Source: an uncultured delta proteobacterium (lineage in GTDB: Bacteria; Desulfobacterota; Binatia; UBA9968). Taken from it: a stretch of DNA of 64,000 nt. Where the stretch lies: the NCBI GenBank assembly GCA_963771465.1, contig CAVYTU010000014.1, forward strand, positions 864,001-928,000, given 5' to 3'. The number at the start of each line of letters is the position of its first letter. Position 1 is the first letter of the stretch. The notes beneath the pieces are model-generated. The model was given only the letters and a program-made list of their open reading frames with translations, made no database searches and had not been told where the DNA came from. Shown here piece after piece: positions 19,126 through 29,820 of this stretch. The position numbers and the translations under genes were made by a program.

Positions 19126-19545
19126 GTGAATGATACAGTCCAATCCGACCTCGACGTGTGCCGTGAATTGTCGAGGTCTTTCCAGGGAACTTTGACATGG
19201 AAATGGGATTCGCGCTTTGAGACGGTTTTGGCTGAGTTTGGTGTAGATAAGAAAGATAATATTCGAGCTACCTTGGAACAACATCTCAGCGCCGCTTGGG
19301 ACAGCGCAAACGTCGGTAACGCCCCGGATACTGTTCGTGTAATCAAAGATGATCTCGGCGGTCTCATGGCCGGACAAATACTTTTCACCTCCGATCCGAA
19401 CCGCGGCGTCGTGCTCTTTTGTGCCTGGTGGCCGTGGGGCAACGGTGAAAAAATTTCTATTCGCGTTGGGTTATGGTCTAAGCAATTATCGGATGCAGAG
19501 TATGCTGAGAATTTGCAACAGTTAAAGGTTTGTTTCGGATTGTAA
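19126..19545 (+). CDS. Hypothetical protein
   Basis: 139-aa ORF with Trp-rich motifs (WKWDSRF, AWWPWGNG), followed by a terminator. Confidence 0.65.
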   Translation: MNDTVQSDLDVCRELSRSFQGTLTWKWDSRFETVLAEFGVDKKDNIRATLEQHLSAAWDSANVGNAPDTVRVIKDDLGGLMAGQILFTSDPNRGVVLFCAWWPWGNGEKISIRVGLWSKQLSDAEYAENLQQLKVCFGL

Positions 19546-19608
19546 GGTTTACCGAGAAGAATGAGTTAGCGCAAAGCGCGCCAAGTGCGCTATGAATTTC
19601 GGCAGCTT

Positions 19609-19637
19609 AAAGGGCGGGTTTCACACCCGCCCTTTTT
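19609..19637 (+). terminator. Intrinsic terminator (possibly bidirectional)
   Basis: AAAGGGCGGGT-TTCAC-ACCCGCCCTTT followed by TT. Confidence 0.75.
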
Positions 19638-19658
19638 GCTGTTGCAGCGGAGTGTCGA

Positions 19659-20612
19659 GTGGCGGGAACGAGTCTTTTAGCTCTTATCGATGACATCGCG
19701 TCGATTCTCGACGACATTGCCGTGTTGAGCAAAGTCGCCGCGAAAAAGACCGCTGGCGTACTCGGCGACGATCTCGCGCTCAACGCGCACCAGGTAGCGG
19801 GTGTGCAAACCGACCGCGAATTACCTGTCGTATGGGCAGTGGCCAAAGGCTCGTTCAAAAATAAAGCGATACTTGTGCCGGCGGCTCTCGTCATCAGCGC
19901 TGTTGTTCCCTGGGCGATCGCGCCACTGTTGATGATTGGTGGTGCGTATCTCTGTTATGAGGGCTGCGAAAAAATTGCTCATAAGTTAATGCATGTTGAG
20001 ACGGAAGACGCGCATCGCGCGGAGCACTTAAAAGCGTTGGCCAACCCGGCTGTGGATTTGGTCGCTATCGAGAAAGACAAAATTCAAGGCGCCATCCGCA
20101 CAGACTTCATTTTGTCCGCCGAGATCGTCGTGATCTCGTTGGGTACGGTGGCCAATGCCGCATTCGGCAAACAAGTCGCCGTATTGTGCGCCATTGCCAT
20201 CCTCATGACCGTCGGGGTTTACGGCATCGTTGCCGGAATAGTGAAGCTGGATGATGCCGGGCTGCACTTGAGCCGAAAGACCGGCAATTTTTTCTGGCGC
20301 AAAATCCAGCGCGTTGTTGGCGCAGCGCTGTTAAACCTGTCGCCCTACCTGATGAAGGGATTATCGATCGTCGGCACCATCGCCATGTTCATGGTCGGCG
20401 GCGGTATTCTTATGCATGGTATCCCCGGCGCGCACGAGTGGATTGAACGCTTGGCCCACGGCGCCGGCGCGATTCCCGGCGTCGGTGGATTGCTAGAAAC
20501 CGTCCTGCCCACACTGCTCGGTGTATTGGTAGGTATTCTTGCTGGCGCGCTCGTTCTCGTGGGAGTGACGGTCGCGAGAAGATTACTTCGAATGATCAAA
20601 AGAGCGAGCTAA
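19659..20612 (+). CDS. yedI: DUF808 family inner membrane protein (YedI-like)
   Basis: [51 protein letters not shown]. Confidence 0.9.
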   Translation: MAGTSLLALIDDIASILDDIAVLSKVAAKKTAGVLGDDLALNAHQVAGVQTDRELPVVWAVAKGSFKNKAILVPAALVISAVVPWAIAPLLMIGGAYLCYEGCEKIAHKLMHVETEDAHRAEHLKALANPAVDLVAIEKDKIQGAIRTDFILSAEIVVISLGTVANAAFGKQVAVLCAIAILMTVGVYGIVAGIVKLDDAGLHLSRKTGNFFWRKIQRVVGAALLNLSPYLMKGLSIVGTIAMFMVGGGILMHGIPGAHEWIERLAHGAGAIPGVGGLLETVLPTLLGVLVGILAGALVLVGVTVARRLLRMIKRAS

Positions 20613-20651
20613 GCGCGCTGCAATAGTCGAAGCTCAGAATCGTTGCTTCGC

Positions 20652-21722
20652 TCACCGACCCAAGAATATCTGGCTAAACTCCTTGCCGGTCTGGTCCATG
20701 ATCGGGCCGATGAAGTCGACGTCGACGAGAAACGATTCTTTTTGGACTAATTCCGGAAATCTTTGTTTGACTCCCTTTCTCGCAACCACACGGCCGAAGG
20801 TGGTGATCATCGATTGTCCTTCTTCGGACAGGGACCAATCGTAGAACAGGGCGGCGGCGTGTGGATGGGGCGCGTGGCGCGCGAGCATGAGCTTATTGGC
20901 CTGGGCGAAGTAGGGATCGAGGATCACTTGATCGACGGGCGCGCCGGCGGCTTTCAGGTCCAACACGGTGTGGCCTGAGAGCACGATGGCGATGGGCCGC
21001 TCGCCGGCGGCGAGCAGCTGGGTTTGTTGCGTGCGGCCGCGCATCATGCGCAAGTCCTGCTTCGCCAGGGCTCTCATGTATTGCAGCGCTTTGTCCCGCC
21101 CCCAGTGTTTTTGCAATACCGCGGACCACTCGTACGCTTCGTCGTCAAAAAACATGTTGCTTTTCCATCTTGGATGGAGCAGGTCTTCATAGGTTTTCGG
21201 CAGCTCGGCGGGTTTGACCATTTTGGTGTTGTAGCCGAGCACGATGGGGATTACGTAGAACGAAACAAAGTAGCCGTCCTTGTCTTTATTCGGCCCAGTG
21301 TAAAAATCGCGCTGCGGCGAGAGGTAAGGATCGAGGGCGCCGATCTTTTTGATCGCCGATCCCTGTTCGGAGGAACCGTTGGTGACATCGAACAGATTAT
21401 TGCCGGCGTTCAATTCGGTCTGAATCTTGAGCACCTGGCGATTGCCCGAGACCCGGTAGGGATTCACTTTGATAAACGGATAGCGTTTTTGAAAAACCCG
21501 GGTGAACGGATCGATCTGCTGGGCTTGGAGTGAGCTGTAGAAAACCACCTCGCCTTCGGCCTTGGCTTTTTCTACCAACACTTTCTGGCGTTGGTCCGGC
21601 GGAAGCTTGTTGACCCTGGCGAGAATCTGTCCGGCAGTTTCAGCCGCGGCACCCGCATAGGCTGGAGCCACGCTGCCAGCGAAGAAAACGGTAGCGAGCA
21701 ACACTAAGGTTAGGTTCGTCAT
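20652..21722 (-). CDS. ABC extracellular solute-binding protein (Fe(III)/polyamine-like family)
   Basis: Signal peptide; AKAEGEVVFYSS; PKTYEDLLHPRWK; APHPHAAALFYDWSLSEEGQ. Start 21722 follows AGGAGG. Confidence 0.9.
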   Translation of the reverse strand: MTNLTLVLLATVFFAGSVAPAYAGAAAETAGQILARVNKLPPDQRQKVLVEKAKAEGEVVFYSSLQAQQIDPFTRVFQKRYPFIKVNPYRVSGNRQVLKIQTELNAGNNLFDVTNGSSEQGSAIKKIGALDPYLSPQRDFYTGPNKDKDGYFVSFYVIPIVLGYNTKMVKPAELPKTYEDLLHPRWKSNMFFDDEAYEWSAVLQKHWGRDKALQYMRALAKQDLRMMRGRTQQTQLLAAGERPIAIVLSGHTVLDLKAAGAPVDQVILDPYFAQANKLMLARHAPHPHAAALFYDWSLSEEGQSMITTFGRVVARKGVKQRFPELVQKESFLVDVDFIGPIMDQTGKEFSQIFLGR

Positions 21723-21915
21723 GGGTCGGGTCCTCCTAAAATCTGCCGGTCGGATGTTGAGCTGATCGCAATCCTTATCCCAGTGTGCGTGGCTTGTGTC
21801 AAGTGAGCTCTCCCTTGACTGCCAAGACGGGAGATTGTGTTGACACAAATTTGGCGATTCGATAGCGTCACGGCGGCTAGTTATAGCGAAGCTGGCGCCA
21901 ATTCGGAGGCAATTT

Positions 21916-22767
21916 ATGGGTGAGCTCAAGCCGGCCAAGAGCGGCAAAGTCAAAGTCGACGACGTCAATCTCTACTACGAAATCTACGGCCAAGGCGATC
22001 CGTTAGTGCTGGTCGCTGGCACCGGAATTAGCTGCGCGCCATGGCGCGTCGCGCAGGTGCCGGAGTTCGCCAAACATTATCAAGTCGTCATTTACGATCA
22101 TCGCGGTCTGGGCCGCAGCGACAAGCCGGACATGCCGTATGACACGCGCATGTTTGCCAAAGACTGCGCCGGTTTGATGGATGCGCTTGGCATCAAGCGC
22201 GCGCATATGATGGGTCACTCCATGGGCGCGCGGGTATTACAATGGTTTGCGCTAGATTATCCCGACAAGGTTCGTAGTTTGACTCTCTCCGGGCCGGGCT
22301 CGGGAAAATACCACGAGTCGCTGGACTATCCGCGCGGCGTGCCGATGGATGCGGCGCTTGAGATGATCGAGAAAGGCTATCAGAAATACCAGAGCGATCA
22401 TTGGGGGCCGGGCTTCATGTTCAGCGAACAGTTTTTGCAAGACCATCCCGACGTCGTCAAAAAGTACCAGGAGCTGATCGTCGACGAAGTGCCGCCGTTA
22501 AAATGTTACCTGCGCCATGTGGTGGCGCGTCAATGTCACGAGACGACTCATCTGATTCATAACATCAAAGCGCCGACCCTGGTCATCGTCGGCAGTAAAG
22601 ACACGCACGAAGGCGGCACCGGCAGCCACGTCGAGTCCGCCAAGGTGCTGGCGCAAAAAATCCCCGGTGCCGAACTGGTTCTCGTCGAGGGCGGCCGGCA
22701 TGGCTATTTGCGCGAGATGCCGGAGAAGGGACATCCACCGATCTTGGATTTCTTGCGGCGCCATTAG
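21916..22767 (+). CDS. Alpha/beta hydrolase (3-oxoadipate enol-lactonase-like)
   Basis: YDHRGLGRSD, nucleophile motif GHSMG, PTLVIVGSKD, catalytic His in GGRHG. Confidence 0.92.
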   Translation: MGELKPAKSGKVKVDDVNLYYEIYGQGDPLVLVAGTGISCAPWRVAQVPEFAKHYQVVIYDHRGLGRSDKPDMPYDTRMFAKDCAGLMDALGIKRAHMMGHSMGARVLQWFALDYPDKVRSLTLSGPGSGKYHESLDYPRGVPMDAALEMIEKGYQKYQSDHWGPGFMFSEQFLQDHPDVVKKYQELIVDEVPPLKCYLRHVVARQCHETTHLIHNIKAPTLVIVGSKDTHEGGTGSHVESAKVLAQKIPGAELVLVEGGRHGYLREMPEKGHPPILDFLRRH

Positions 22768-22789
22768 CGCAACGATCGCTGGGCTGACT

Positions 22790-24076
22790 ATGAACAAAAA
22801 AGAGATCATCGAAAAGCAAAATAAGTATCTCTTCTCATGCGTGGCAACTTATTATGACGAGCCGCTGGTCATCGATCACGCCAAGGACCATTCGGTATTC
22901 GACGCCGATGGCAAAGAGTATCTGGATTTTTTCGGCGGTATTCTCACGGTCAGCGTCGGCCACTGCAACGACAAAGTGACCCAGGCGATCGACGAGCAGA
23001 CTCACAAAGTCCAGCACCTGTCGACGCTCTACGCCAACGAGCCGCAGGTGTTGTTGGCGGAAAAGTTGGCGCAAATCACACCTGGCCGTTTGGAAAAATC
23101 TTTTTTCACCAACAGCGGCACCGAGGCGAACGAGACCGCGGTGTTGCTGGCGCAGATTTATACCAAATGCCAAGACGTGATTACGTTGCGGCATAGCTAC
23201 AGCGGCCGTTCCTATTTGGCGCTGAGCTTGTCGGCGCAGTCGAGCTGGCGCTTGATGCCCAATGTCGTTCCCGGCGTGCACCATATCGCCAATGCGTATT
23301 GCTATCGCTGTCCTTTCGGTCTCACCTATCCGAGCTGCGATTTGAAATGCGCCAAAGACGCCGAGGAAGCGATTCAGACGATGACGTCGCAGGGGCGGGT
23401 GGCGGCGTTTCTCGCCGAGCCGATTCAAGGCGTCGGCGGTTTCATCGTGCCGCCCAAGGAATATTTCAAAGAGATCGTCGGCATCATCCGCAAATACGGC
23501 GGCTTGTTCATCGCCGATGAAGTGCAGACCGGCTGGGGGCGCACCGGCGGCAAGATGTTCGGCATCGAACATTGGGGCGTCGATCCCGACATCATGACGT
23601 TCGCCAAAGGCATGGCCAACGGTGTGCCGATTGGCGCAACCATCGCTACACCTGAAGTCGCGGACAGCATGAAGGGCAACACGATTTCGACTTTCGGCGG
23701 CAATCCGGTGACTTGCAGCGCGGCTAAAGCGACGATCTCGGTGATTGAAGAAGAAGGTTTAGTCGAGAATGCCCGGGTAATGGGCAACCGCTTGCGCGAC
23801 GGTTTAAACGCCTTGCAGCAAAAATATCCGATCATCGGCGATGTGCGCGGCATGGGCTTGATGCAGGGCATGGAACTAGTCGGTGAGCAGAAAAAGCCCG
23901 ACAGCGAAAGCACCAAGCGGGTCATGGAACTGACAAAAAATAATGGACTCCTGCTCGGCAAGGGCGGCACCTATGGCAACGTTTTGCGCGTCGCACCGTC
24001 GCTCAATGTCAATAAGGATGAAGTCGACCATGCGCTCAAAGTGTTGGACCAGTCGTTCGGTCAGTTGGGTCAATAG
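22790..24076 (+). CDS. Class III PLP-dependent aminotransferase (AGXT2/beta-alanine aminotransferase-like)
   Basis: FTNSGTEANE, AEPIQGVGG, IADEVQTGWGRTG, FAKGMANG, STFGGNP. Confidence 0.93.
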   Translation: MNKKEIIEKQNKYLFSCVATYYDEPLVIDHAKDHSVFDADGKEYLDFFGGILTVSVGHCNDKVTQAIDEQTHKVQHLSTLYANEPQVLLAEKLAQITPGRLEKSFFTNSGTEANETAVLLAQIYTKCQDVITLRHSYSGRSYLALSLSAQSSWRLMPNVVPGVHHIANAYCYRCPFGLTYPSCDLKCAKDAEEAIQTMTSQGRVAAFLAEPIQGVGGFIVPPKEYFKEIVGIIRKYGGLFIADEVQTGWGRTGGKMFGIEHWGVDPDIMTFAKGMANGVPIGATIATPEVADSMKGNTISTFGGNPVTCSAAKATISVIEEEGLVENARVMGNRLRDGLNALQQKYPIIGDVRGMGLMQGMELVGEQKKPDSESTKRVMELTKNNGLLLGKGGTYGNVLRVAPSLNVNKDEVDHALKVLDQSFGQLGQ

Positions 24077-24148
24077 GTGCCGATCGTGATTTGTGCAGTG
24101 TTAAGAAAGTTTTTGCGATTATCGATCATCTGGTGGTAGATATCCCCA

Positions 24149-25147
24149 ATGAACCGCCTTGTACGTAGAACCGTCGGCGCGATTCCGGTCATTATCGGCA
24201 TATCTTTTTTAATCTTCTTGCTGTTGCATCTTGCGCCCGGCGACCCGGTGACGCTCATGCTTGGCGACAACGCGACGCCGCAAGATGTCGAAAATTTACG
24301 CCGCGAATTACGCCTCGACCAGCCGATCTTGGTGCAATACTGGGAGTTTGTCTCGCGCGCCGTGCGCGGCGACTTCGGCAAGTCGCTTAAGTTTAACGAA
24401 CCGGTGATGAAGTTAGTCGCCGAGCGTCTGCCGGCAACTTTAGAACTTGCGTTTGCCAGTCTCTTGGTCGCGATCACCATCGCCGTGCCGTTGGGCGTCT
24501 ATTCGGCGATCAAGCACAATTCCCTGCTCGATCATGCCGGCATGAGCGTCGCGTTGATCGGTGTTTCACTGCCCAACTTTTGGCTCGGTATCATGCTGAT
24601 TTATTTTCTCGGCGGCCAGCTTAATCTTTTGCCGGTAGCCGGCCGGATCGAGTACGGCATCGAGATTAAGACGATCACCGGTCTATATTTGCTGGATAGT
24701 TTGCTGACGGGAAACCTCACGGCTTTTTGGAGCGCGTTTCAGCACTTGCTCATGCCGGCGGTAACGCTCGGCTCGGCACTGGCGGCCATCGTCACCCGCA
24801 TTTCGCGCTCCAGCGTGCTCGAAGTGATGCGTCAAGATTACGTCGTGACCGCGAGGGCGAAGGGACTTAATGAGAAAACCGTGATCTGGCGTCATATCTT
24901 GCGCAACGCGTTGATTACGATCGTGACCATTTTGGGATTGCAACTAGGCGCGCTATTGAGCGGCTCGGTGGTTACCGAAACGGTATTCTCCTTTCCCGGC
25001 ATCGGCGATTTGCTGATCCAGTCGATCTCGGCGCGCGACTACAAACTCACGCAGGTGTTGATCTTGATGTTCGCCGTCACCTATTTCGTTGTCAACTTGT
25101 TGGTCGATCTGCTCTACAGTTGGATCGATCCCAGGATTAAGTTCTAA
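24149..25147 (+). CDS. dppB: Peptide/nickel ABC transporter permease, DppB-like
   Basis: APGDP, RLPATLEL, QDYVVTARAKGL EAA loop, VVTETVFSFPGIG. Confidence 0.9.
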   Translation: MNRLVRRTVGAIPVIIGISFLIFLLLHLAPGDPVTLMLGDNATPQDVENLRRELRLDQPILVQYWEFVSRAVRGDFGKSLKFNEPVMKLVAERLPATLELAFASLLVAITIAVPLGVYSAIKHNSLLDHAGMSVALIGVSLPNFWLGIMLIYFLGGQLNLLPVAGRIEYGIEIKTITGLYLLDSLLTGNLTAFWSAFQHLLMPAVTLGSALAAIVTRISRSSVLEVMRQDYVVTARAKGLNEKTVIWRHILRNALITIVTILGLQLGALLSGSVVTETVFSFPGIGDLLIQSISARDYKLTQVLILMFAVTYFVVNLLVDLLYSWIDPRIKF

Positions 25148-25986
25148 TGTTTTCACAGCGTTTTTTAAAAATCTGGGTCGGCGGCGCGATCCTTAGTTTG
25201 CTTATCGTTTGCGGCGTCGCCGCGCCGCTACTGGCGCCGCGCGATCCCCAGGCGCAGACCTTGGAAGATCGTCTGCGGCCGCCGCGTTGGCTTGAAAGCG
25301 GCTCGCAAGCCTATTTACTCGGTACCGACAATCTCGGCCGCGATATGCTGAGCCGGATTATTTACGGCTCGAGAATTTCTTTGATGGTCGGCGTCGCGAC
25401 GGTGTTGTTTGCCGGACTGGTCGGCTGCACGCTTGGCGCCGTGGCTGGCTATTTTGGCAGCACCGCCGATGAAGTCGTCAGCAAGGTTTCGGAAATCTTT
25501 CTCGCTTTTCCATTTCTATTGATCGCCATCGCGATCATGGCGTTTCTCGGCCAAGGGGTCGGTAATCTGATCATGGCGCTGATGCTCAGCCGCTGGGTGC
25601 AGTATTGCCGGGTGGTGCGCGGCGAAGTGCTGTCGCTCAAGGAGCGCGACTTTGTCACTGCCGCCAAGGCGCTGGGCGGTAGAGATTTTTACGTGCTGTT
25701 TCGCCACGTGGTGCCCAATACCTTCGCTAGCGTTACGGTCATCGCCACGTTTGGCATGGCGATCGTGATCATTACCGAAGCGAGCTTGAGCTTTCTCGGT
25801 CTGGGAGTGCCGGCGCATATTCCGACTTGGGGTTCGATGTTGAGCGAAGGCCGGAGCTATATCAACCGCGCGCCGTGGCTGACGATTTTTCCCGGCATGG
25901 CGATTTTTATCACAGTCTTCGGCATTAACTTACTCGGTGATGGCTTGCGCGACGTTTTCGATCCGAAGCTGAGAAGGCAGAGATAG
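25147..25986 (+). CDS. dppC: Peptide/nickel ABC transporter permease, DppC-like
   Basis: LGTDNLGRDMLSRIIYGSRISL, DFVTAAKALG, EASLSFLGLG, NLLGDGLRDVFDP; TAATG overlap with dppB. Confidence 0.9.
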   Translation: MFSQRFLKIWVGGAILSLLIVCGVAAPLLAPRDPQAQTLEDRLRPPRWLESGSQAYLLGTDNLGRDMLSRIIYGSRISLMVGVATVLFAGLVGCTLGAVAGYFGSTADEVVSKVSEIFLAFPFLLIAIAIMAFLGQGVGNLIMALMLSRWVQYCRVVRGEVLSLKERDFVTAAKALGGRDFYVLFRHVVPNTFASVTVIATFGMAIVIITEASLSFLGLGVPAHIPTWGSMLSEGRSYINRAPWLTIFPGMAIFITVFGINLLGDGLRDVFDPKLRRQR

Positions 25987-26053
25987 GAAGACAGATAGAG
26001 AATCGAGAATAGTTAGAGATACAGAATCGAAAATAGAAACAAGGGAGCGTTTT

Positions 26054-27592
26054 ATGGCAACGAAAAAAGTCGGCGTTAGCCGGCGAGAGTTTTTGAAAAA
26101 AAGTTCGGCCTTCGCCATCGGCGCCGCGGCGTGGCCGCAGTTTTTACGCAGCGCGCATGGCGCATCGCGCGATCGCGTGACTATTTTTCATTCGAGCGTC
26201 GCCGATTCGATCCATCCGTATAATCATAGCTCGAGTCCAATCTACGGACAGTGGCAGCATGTCATCGAACCGCTCTTCGAGTACGATTTCAAGCGTAAAG
26301 ACTATATCGGCGTGCTCGCCGAGTCGTGGCAGTTCCAAGGCAACAAATGGGTTTTCAAACTCAGAAAAGGCATCAAGTTCCACGACGGCACGCCGTTCAC
26401 CTCCAAAGACGTGGCGTTCTCGGTGGAGAGAATGCGCGATGAAAAAGGCGGTAGCCTGCAGGCGCCGAATTTCAAAGACATCGTCGAAATCCAGACGCCC
26501 GACGATCAAACGGTTATCTTCGTCACCAAACAACCCAACGCGATTTTGTTGGATCGCCTGGACAATCGGCTGATCGTCAGCAAGGCGGCGGGCGATAAAT
26601 ACGGCGACAAGCTTTATGAAAATCTGGTCGGCACCGGGCCCTACAAGTTCGTCAGCTATCAACGCGGCGGCCATTTGGTTTTCACCCGCAACGATGACTA
26701 TTGGGGGCCCAAAGCGGCGATCAAGGAAGTGATCTTCAAGAAAGTCACGGAAGATGCGGCGCGATTGGCGGCGCTGGAATCCGGTCAAGCGGATTTCATC
26801 AACAACGTGCCGGATCACGAAGTGCCGCGCTTGAAAAAACACCCGCGCATTCGCATCGATCAACTCGAAGGCACGCGGATGTTCTTCCTGGCGATGAATT
26901 TCGCCTTCAAACCTTGGGACAACAAACTAGTCCGCCAAGCGGCTAACTACAGCGTCGACGCGCCGGCGATCGTGCGCAATATTTTTGACGGCATCGGTTA
27001 TCCCTGTAACGGACCGGTGGGCGCGAATGTGCTGGGTGCCGATCCCAAGCTAAAACGCTATCCGTACGATCCGCAAAAAGCCAAACAATTGCTGGCCCAA
27101 GCGGGTTATCCCAACGGCTGCGACATTCAGCTCTATTACTCTGCGGGACGGTATCCGAAGGACCGGGAAGTTTGCCAAGTCGTCGCCGCGCAGATGGTCA
27201 AAGGCGGATTTCGCGTCGAGTTGATTTCGCAAGAGTGGGCGCTGTTTTGGGACAAGCAGGGTGTCAACGGCGGAAGGTTGCCTTTTTATTATATCGGCCG
27301 CGGCGGTCTGATCGATGCGGATACGCTCTACGATCAATATTTTCGCACCGGCACGACCCGACGCACTAACTACAGCAACCCGGACCTCGATAAGTTGGTT
27401 GAAGAGCAACAGAAGACACCGGAAAGCAAAAAGCGCATCGCGCTGCTGCAGCAAGCGGGGAAATACATCATGGACGAGGCGCTTTTCATACCGCTCTATA
27501 ATCTCGCCGATATTTATGGCACGGCGAAAAATTTAGATTGGAAAACCCGCCCCGACGAACGCGTGATGGCGCGGGACATGAGAATCAAATAA
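26054..27592 (+). CDS. Family 5 (DppA-like) substrate-binding protein with Tat signal
   Basis: SRREFLK Tat motif; LAESW, KFHDGTPFT, GTGPYK. Confidence 0.92.
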   Translation: MATKKVGVSRREFLKKSSAFAIGAAAWPQFLRSAHGASRDRVTIFHSSVADSIHPYNHSSSPIYGQWQHVIEPLFEYDFKRKDYIGVLAESWQFQGNKWVFKLRKGIKFHDGTPFTSKDVAFSVERMRDEKGGSLQAPNFKDIVEIQTPDDQTVIFVTKQPNAILLDRLDNRLIVSKAAGDKYGDKLYENLVGTGPYKFVSYQRGGHLVFTRNDDYWGPKAAIKEVIFKKVTEDAARLAALESGQADFINNVPDHEVPRLKKHPRIRIDQLEGTRMFFLAMNFAFKPWDNKLVRQAANYSVDAPAIVRNIFDGIGYPCNGPVGANVLGADPKLKRYPYDPQKAKQLLAQAGYPNGCDIQLYYSAGRYPKDREVCQVVAAQMVKGGFRVELISQEWALFWDKQGVNGGRLPFYYIGRGGLIDADTLYDQYFRTGTTRRTNYSNPDLDKLVEEQQKTPESKKRIALLQQAGKYIMDEALFIPLYNLADIYGTAKNLDWKTRPDERVMARDMRIK

Positions 27593-27637
27593 ACCGGGAT
27601 GGCGGGATTCCGCGCGTTACCGACTTACCGACGGGAG

Positions 27638-28005
27638 ATGAGTATGGCTTTGAAGCGCAATGGGCCGATGCGCCGAGATTTCTTGAAGTATAGCGGCTTG
27701 GCTGGGTTTGGTGCCGCGCTGGGCGATTCTGTCTTGAACCTCAGTTACGCCGCGTCGCGCGAGCGGCTGACCATTCTTAGCAGCATCGCCCTCGACACGC
27801 TCCATCCCTATGCCCATAGTTCGAGTCCGCATTACGGCATTTGGAATAATATGCTCGAGCCGCTGGTGGAGGTCGACTACGGCAAGAAAACCTATTTCGG
27901 CATCCTGGCTCAGTCTTGGGAGTTCCAGGGAAGAAATAGATTTTCAAATCCTGGAAGGCGCTGCCGGATGAGAAAATTCTCGCCGGCACCATGAAAATCG
28001 CCTAA
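27638..28005 (+). pseudogene. Internally deleted DppA-like binding-protein gene
   Basis: About 100 N-terminal codons (MRRDFLK ... LAQSWEFQG) match 28034..29560. They are followed by a 1-nt deletion, TAG in place of a Trp codon, and directly WKALPDEKILAGTMKIA*, which matches the paralog's C-terminus WKARPDEKILTGAMKIA*. Confidence 0.88.
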
Positions 28006-28033
28006 CGATGCCGATTACGAAAGGAAATCGCCG

Positions 28034-29560
28034 ATGAGCTTGGATCAGCGCGGAATCAAGCGCAGAGATTTTCTTCAACGCGCCGCGCTGGCGGGCGTCG
28101 TCAGCGCGGTTTGGCCGGGTCTGATCGATGCCGCATCCAAGGACCGAGTAACGATTCTTAGCAGCATCGCTCTCGACACGCTTCATCCCTACGCCTATAG
28201 CTCCGGGCCGCAGTACGGTATCTGGTTCAACATGATCGAGCCGTTGGTCGACGTCGACTTCGCCAAGCGAAGTTATTTCGGCGTGCTCGCCGAGTCGTGG
28301 GAGTTTCAAGGCAAGAAGTGGGTTTTCAAACTGCGCAAGAACGTGCGCTTCCACGACGGTAGCCTGTTCACCGCCGCAGACGTGATCTACTCTTTCAACC
28401 GAATCAAGAACGACAAGCTCAGCCTGCAAAAAGAGAACTTCCGCGATCTCGTCGAGATGCAAGCGCTGGACGATCATACCATCGCGTTTATCACCGAAGC
28501 GCCCAACGCGGTATTTCTCGACCGGCTGGAGAACCGTTTCATCATCGCCAAAAACGGCACCGAAGCGCAGGGCGGCGAACCCGGCGAGCAAAAGCCCATC
28601 GGCACGGGACCCTTTCGCTTCGTCAGTTGGCAGCGCGACGGCAACCTGGTGGTGACGCGCCACGATCATTACTGGAGGACCAAAGCCGGAGTCAAAGAAA
28701 TCGTCACGCGCCGAGTCAGAGAGGACGCCGCCCGCGTCGCTGGATTATTGGCCGGTCAAGGCGATTTGATCAATAACGTGCCGGTCGAAGAACTGTCGCG
28801 CTTCGATAAACATGCCAAGATCAGGGCGGAAAAAGTCGAAGGGCAGCGGATGTATTTCCTCGCCATGAACGTGACGCACAAACCTTTCGACAACAAGCTG
28901 GTGCGCCAGGCGATCAATTACGCGGTCGACCCGACGACGATCATCAAGCATATCTATGAAGGTAACGGCTACGTCATGAACGGGCCCATGGGCACCAACG
29001 TGATCGGCTTCGATCCCAAGATCAAACGCTATCCGCTGGATCTCAAGAAGGGCAAGGAACTGCTCGACAAGGCAGGTTTCCCGCAGGGGTTGGAGGTCAA
29101 GCTTTATTTCTCGCCGGACCGCTATCCGAAGGCAAAAGAGGTCTGCCAAGTGATCGCCGATCAGTTGGCCAAGATCGGCATCAAAGTGGAACTGGTGTCG
29201 CAAGAGTTCGTTATTTTTTGGGGTAAGGACGGCGTCAACGGCGGTAAGCTGGGTTTTTACTACGTCGGGCGGCCGGCGACCGACGCCGACACGGTTTACG
29301 ATCAATACTATCGTTCCGGCGTGAGCCCGCGCATTCAGTACAAAAACCCCGAGTTCGACCGGATCATCGACGAAGAACAAAGAACTGGCGATCAGAAAAA
29401 GCGCGTCGCGTTGCTGCACCAGGCCGGACGCATCTTGATGGAAGACGTTCCGTTCGTGCCGCTTTACACCTTGGCCGAAATCTACGGCGTCGCGCGCAAC
29501 CTCGCCTGGAAAGCCCGGCCGGATGAAAAAATCCTCACCGGCGCAATGAAGATCGCGTAA
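28034..29560 (+). CDS. Family 5 (DppA-like) substrate-binding protein with Tat signal
   Basis: KRRDFLQ Tat motif; LAESW, RFHDGS, GTGPFR; paralog of 26054..27592. Confidence 0.92.
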   Translation: MSLDQRGIKRRDFLQRAALAGVVSAVWPGLIDAASKDRVTILSSIALDTLHPYAYSSGPQYGIWFNMIEPLVDVDFAKRSYFGVLAESWEFQGKKWVFKLRKNVRFHDGSLFTAADVIYSFNRIKNDKLSLQKENFRDLVEMQALDDHTIAFITEAPNAVFLDRLENRFIIAKNGTEAQGGEPGEQKPIGTGPFRFVSWQRDGNLVVTRHDHYWRTKAGVKEIVTRRVREDAARVAGLLAGQGDLINNVPVEELSRFDKHAKIRAEKVEGQRMYFLAMNVTHKPFDNKLVRQAINYAVDPTTIIKHIYEGNGYVMNGPMGTNVIGFDPKIKRYPLDLKKGKELLDKAGFPQGLEVKLYFSPDRYPKAKEVCQVIADQLAKIGIKVELVSQEFVIFWGKDGVNGGKLGFYYVGRPATDADTVYDQYYRSGVSPRIQYKNPEFDRIIDEEQRTGDQKKRVALLHQAGRILMEDVPFVPLYTLAEIYGVARNLAWKARPDEKILTGAMKIA

Positions 29561-29791
29561 ACCACGCGCGACTGCGAGCGCCGCGTTGGCAATCACTCGG
29601 GCAAAGGCCGGCAAGAAAAAGCGCTACGTCGCCCGAAGAGCACGCTGAGTTCGGATTCTTAATGCGAGGTATCTCGCGCCGGCGAAATTTTTCATGCACA
29701 CCCAGCCGACGAGATTGTTTTTCAGCCGGACAAAATTGCACGTCCGCGGCAAAGTTTCATAGTAAATTAGAGAATCCTTCGCACTATTCCT

Positions 29792-29807
29792 TGGCATGCG
29801 CGTTGCT
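29792..29807 (+). promoter_or_regulatory. sigma54 (-24/-12) promoter
   Basis: TGGCATGCGCGTTGCT matches TGGCAC-N5-TTGCW, immediately upstream of the ORF at 29821. Confidence 0.72.
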
Positions 29808-29820
29808 CCTAAAAATGCCC

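Noticed and set aside
28745-29614. 289-aa minus-strand ORF
   Set aside because: Antisense to the DppA-like gene.
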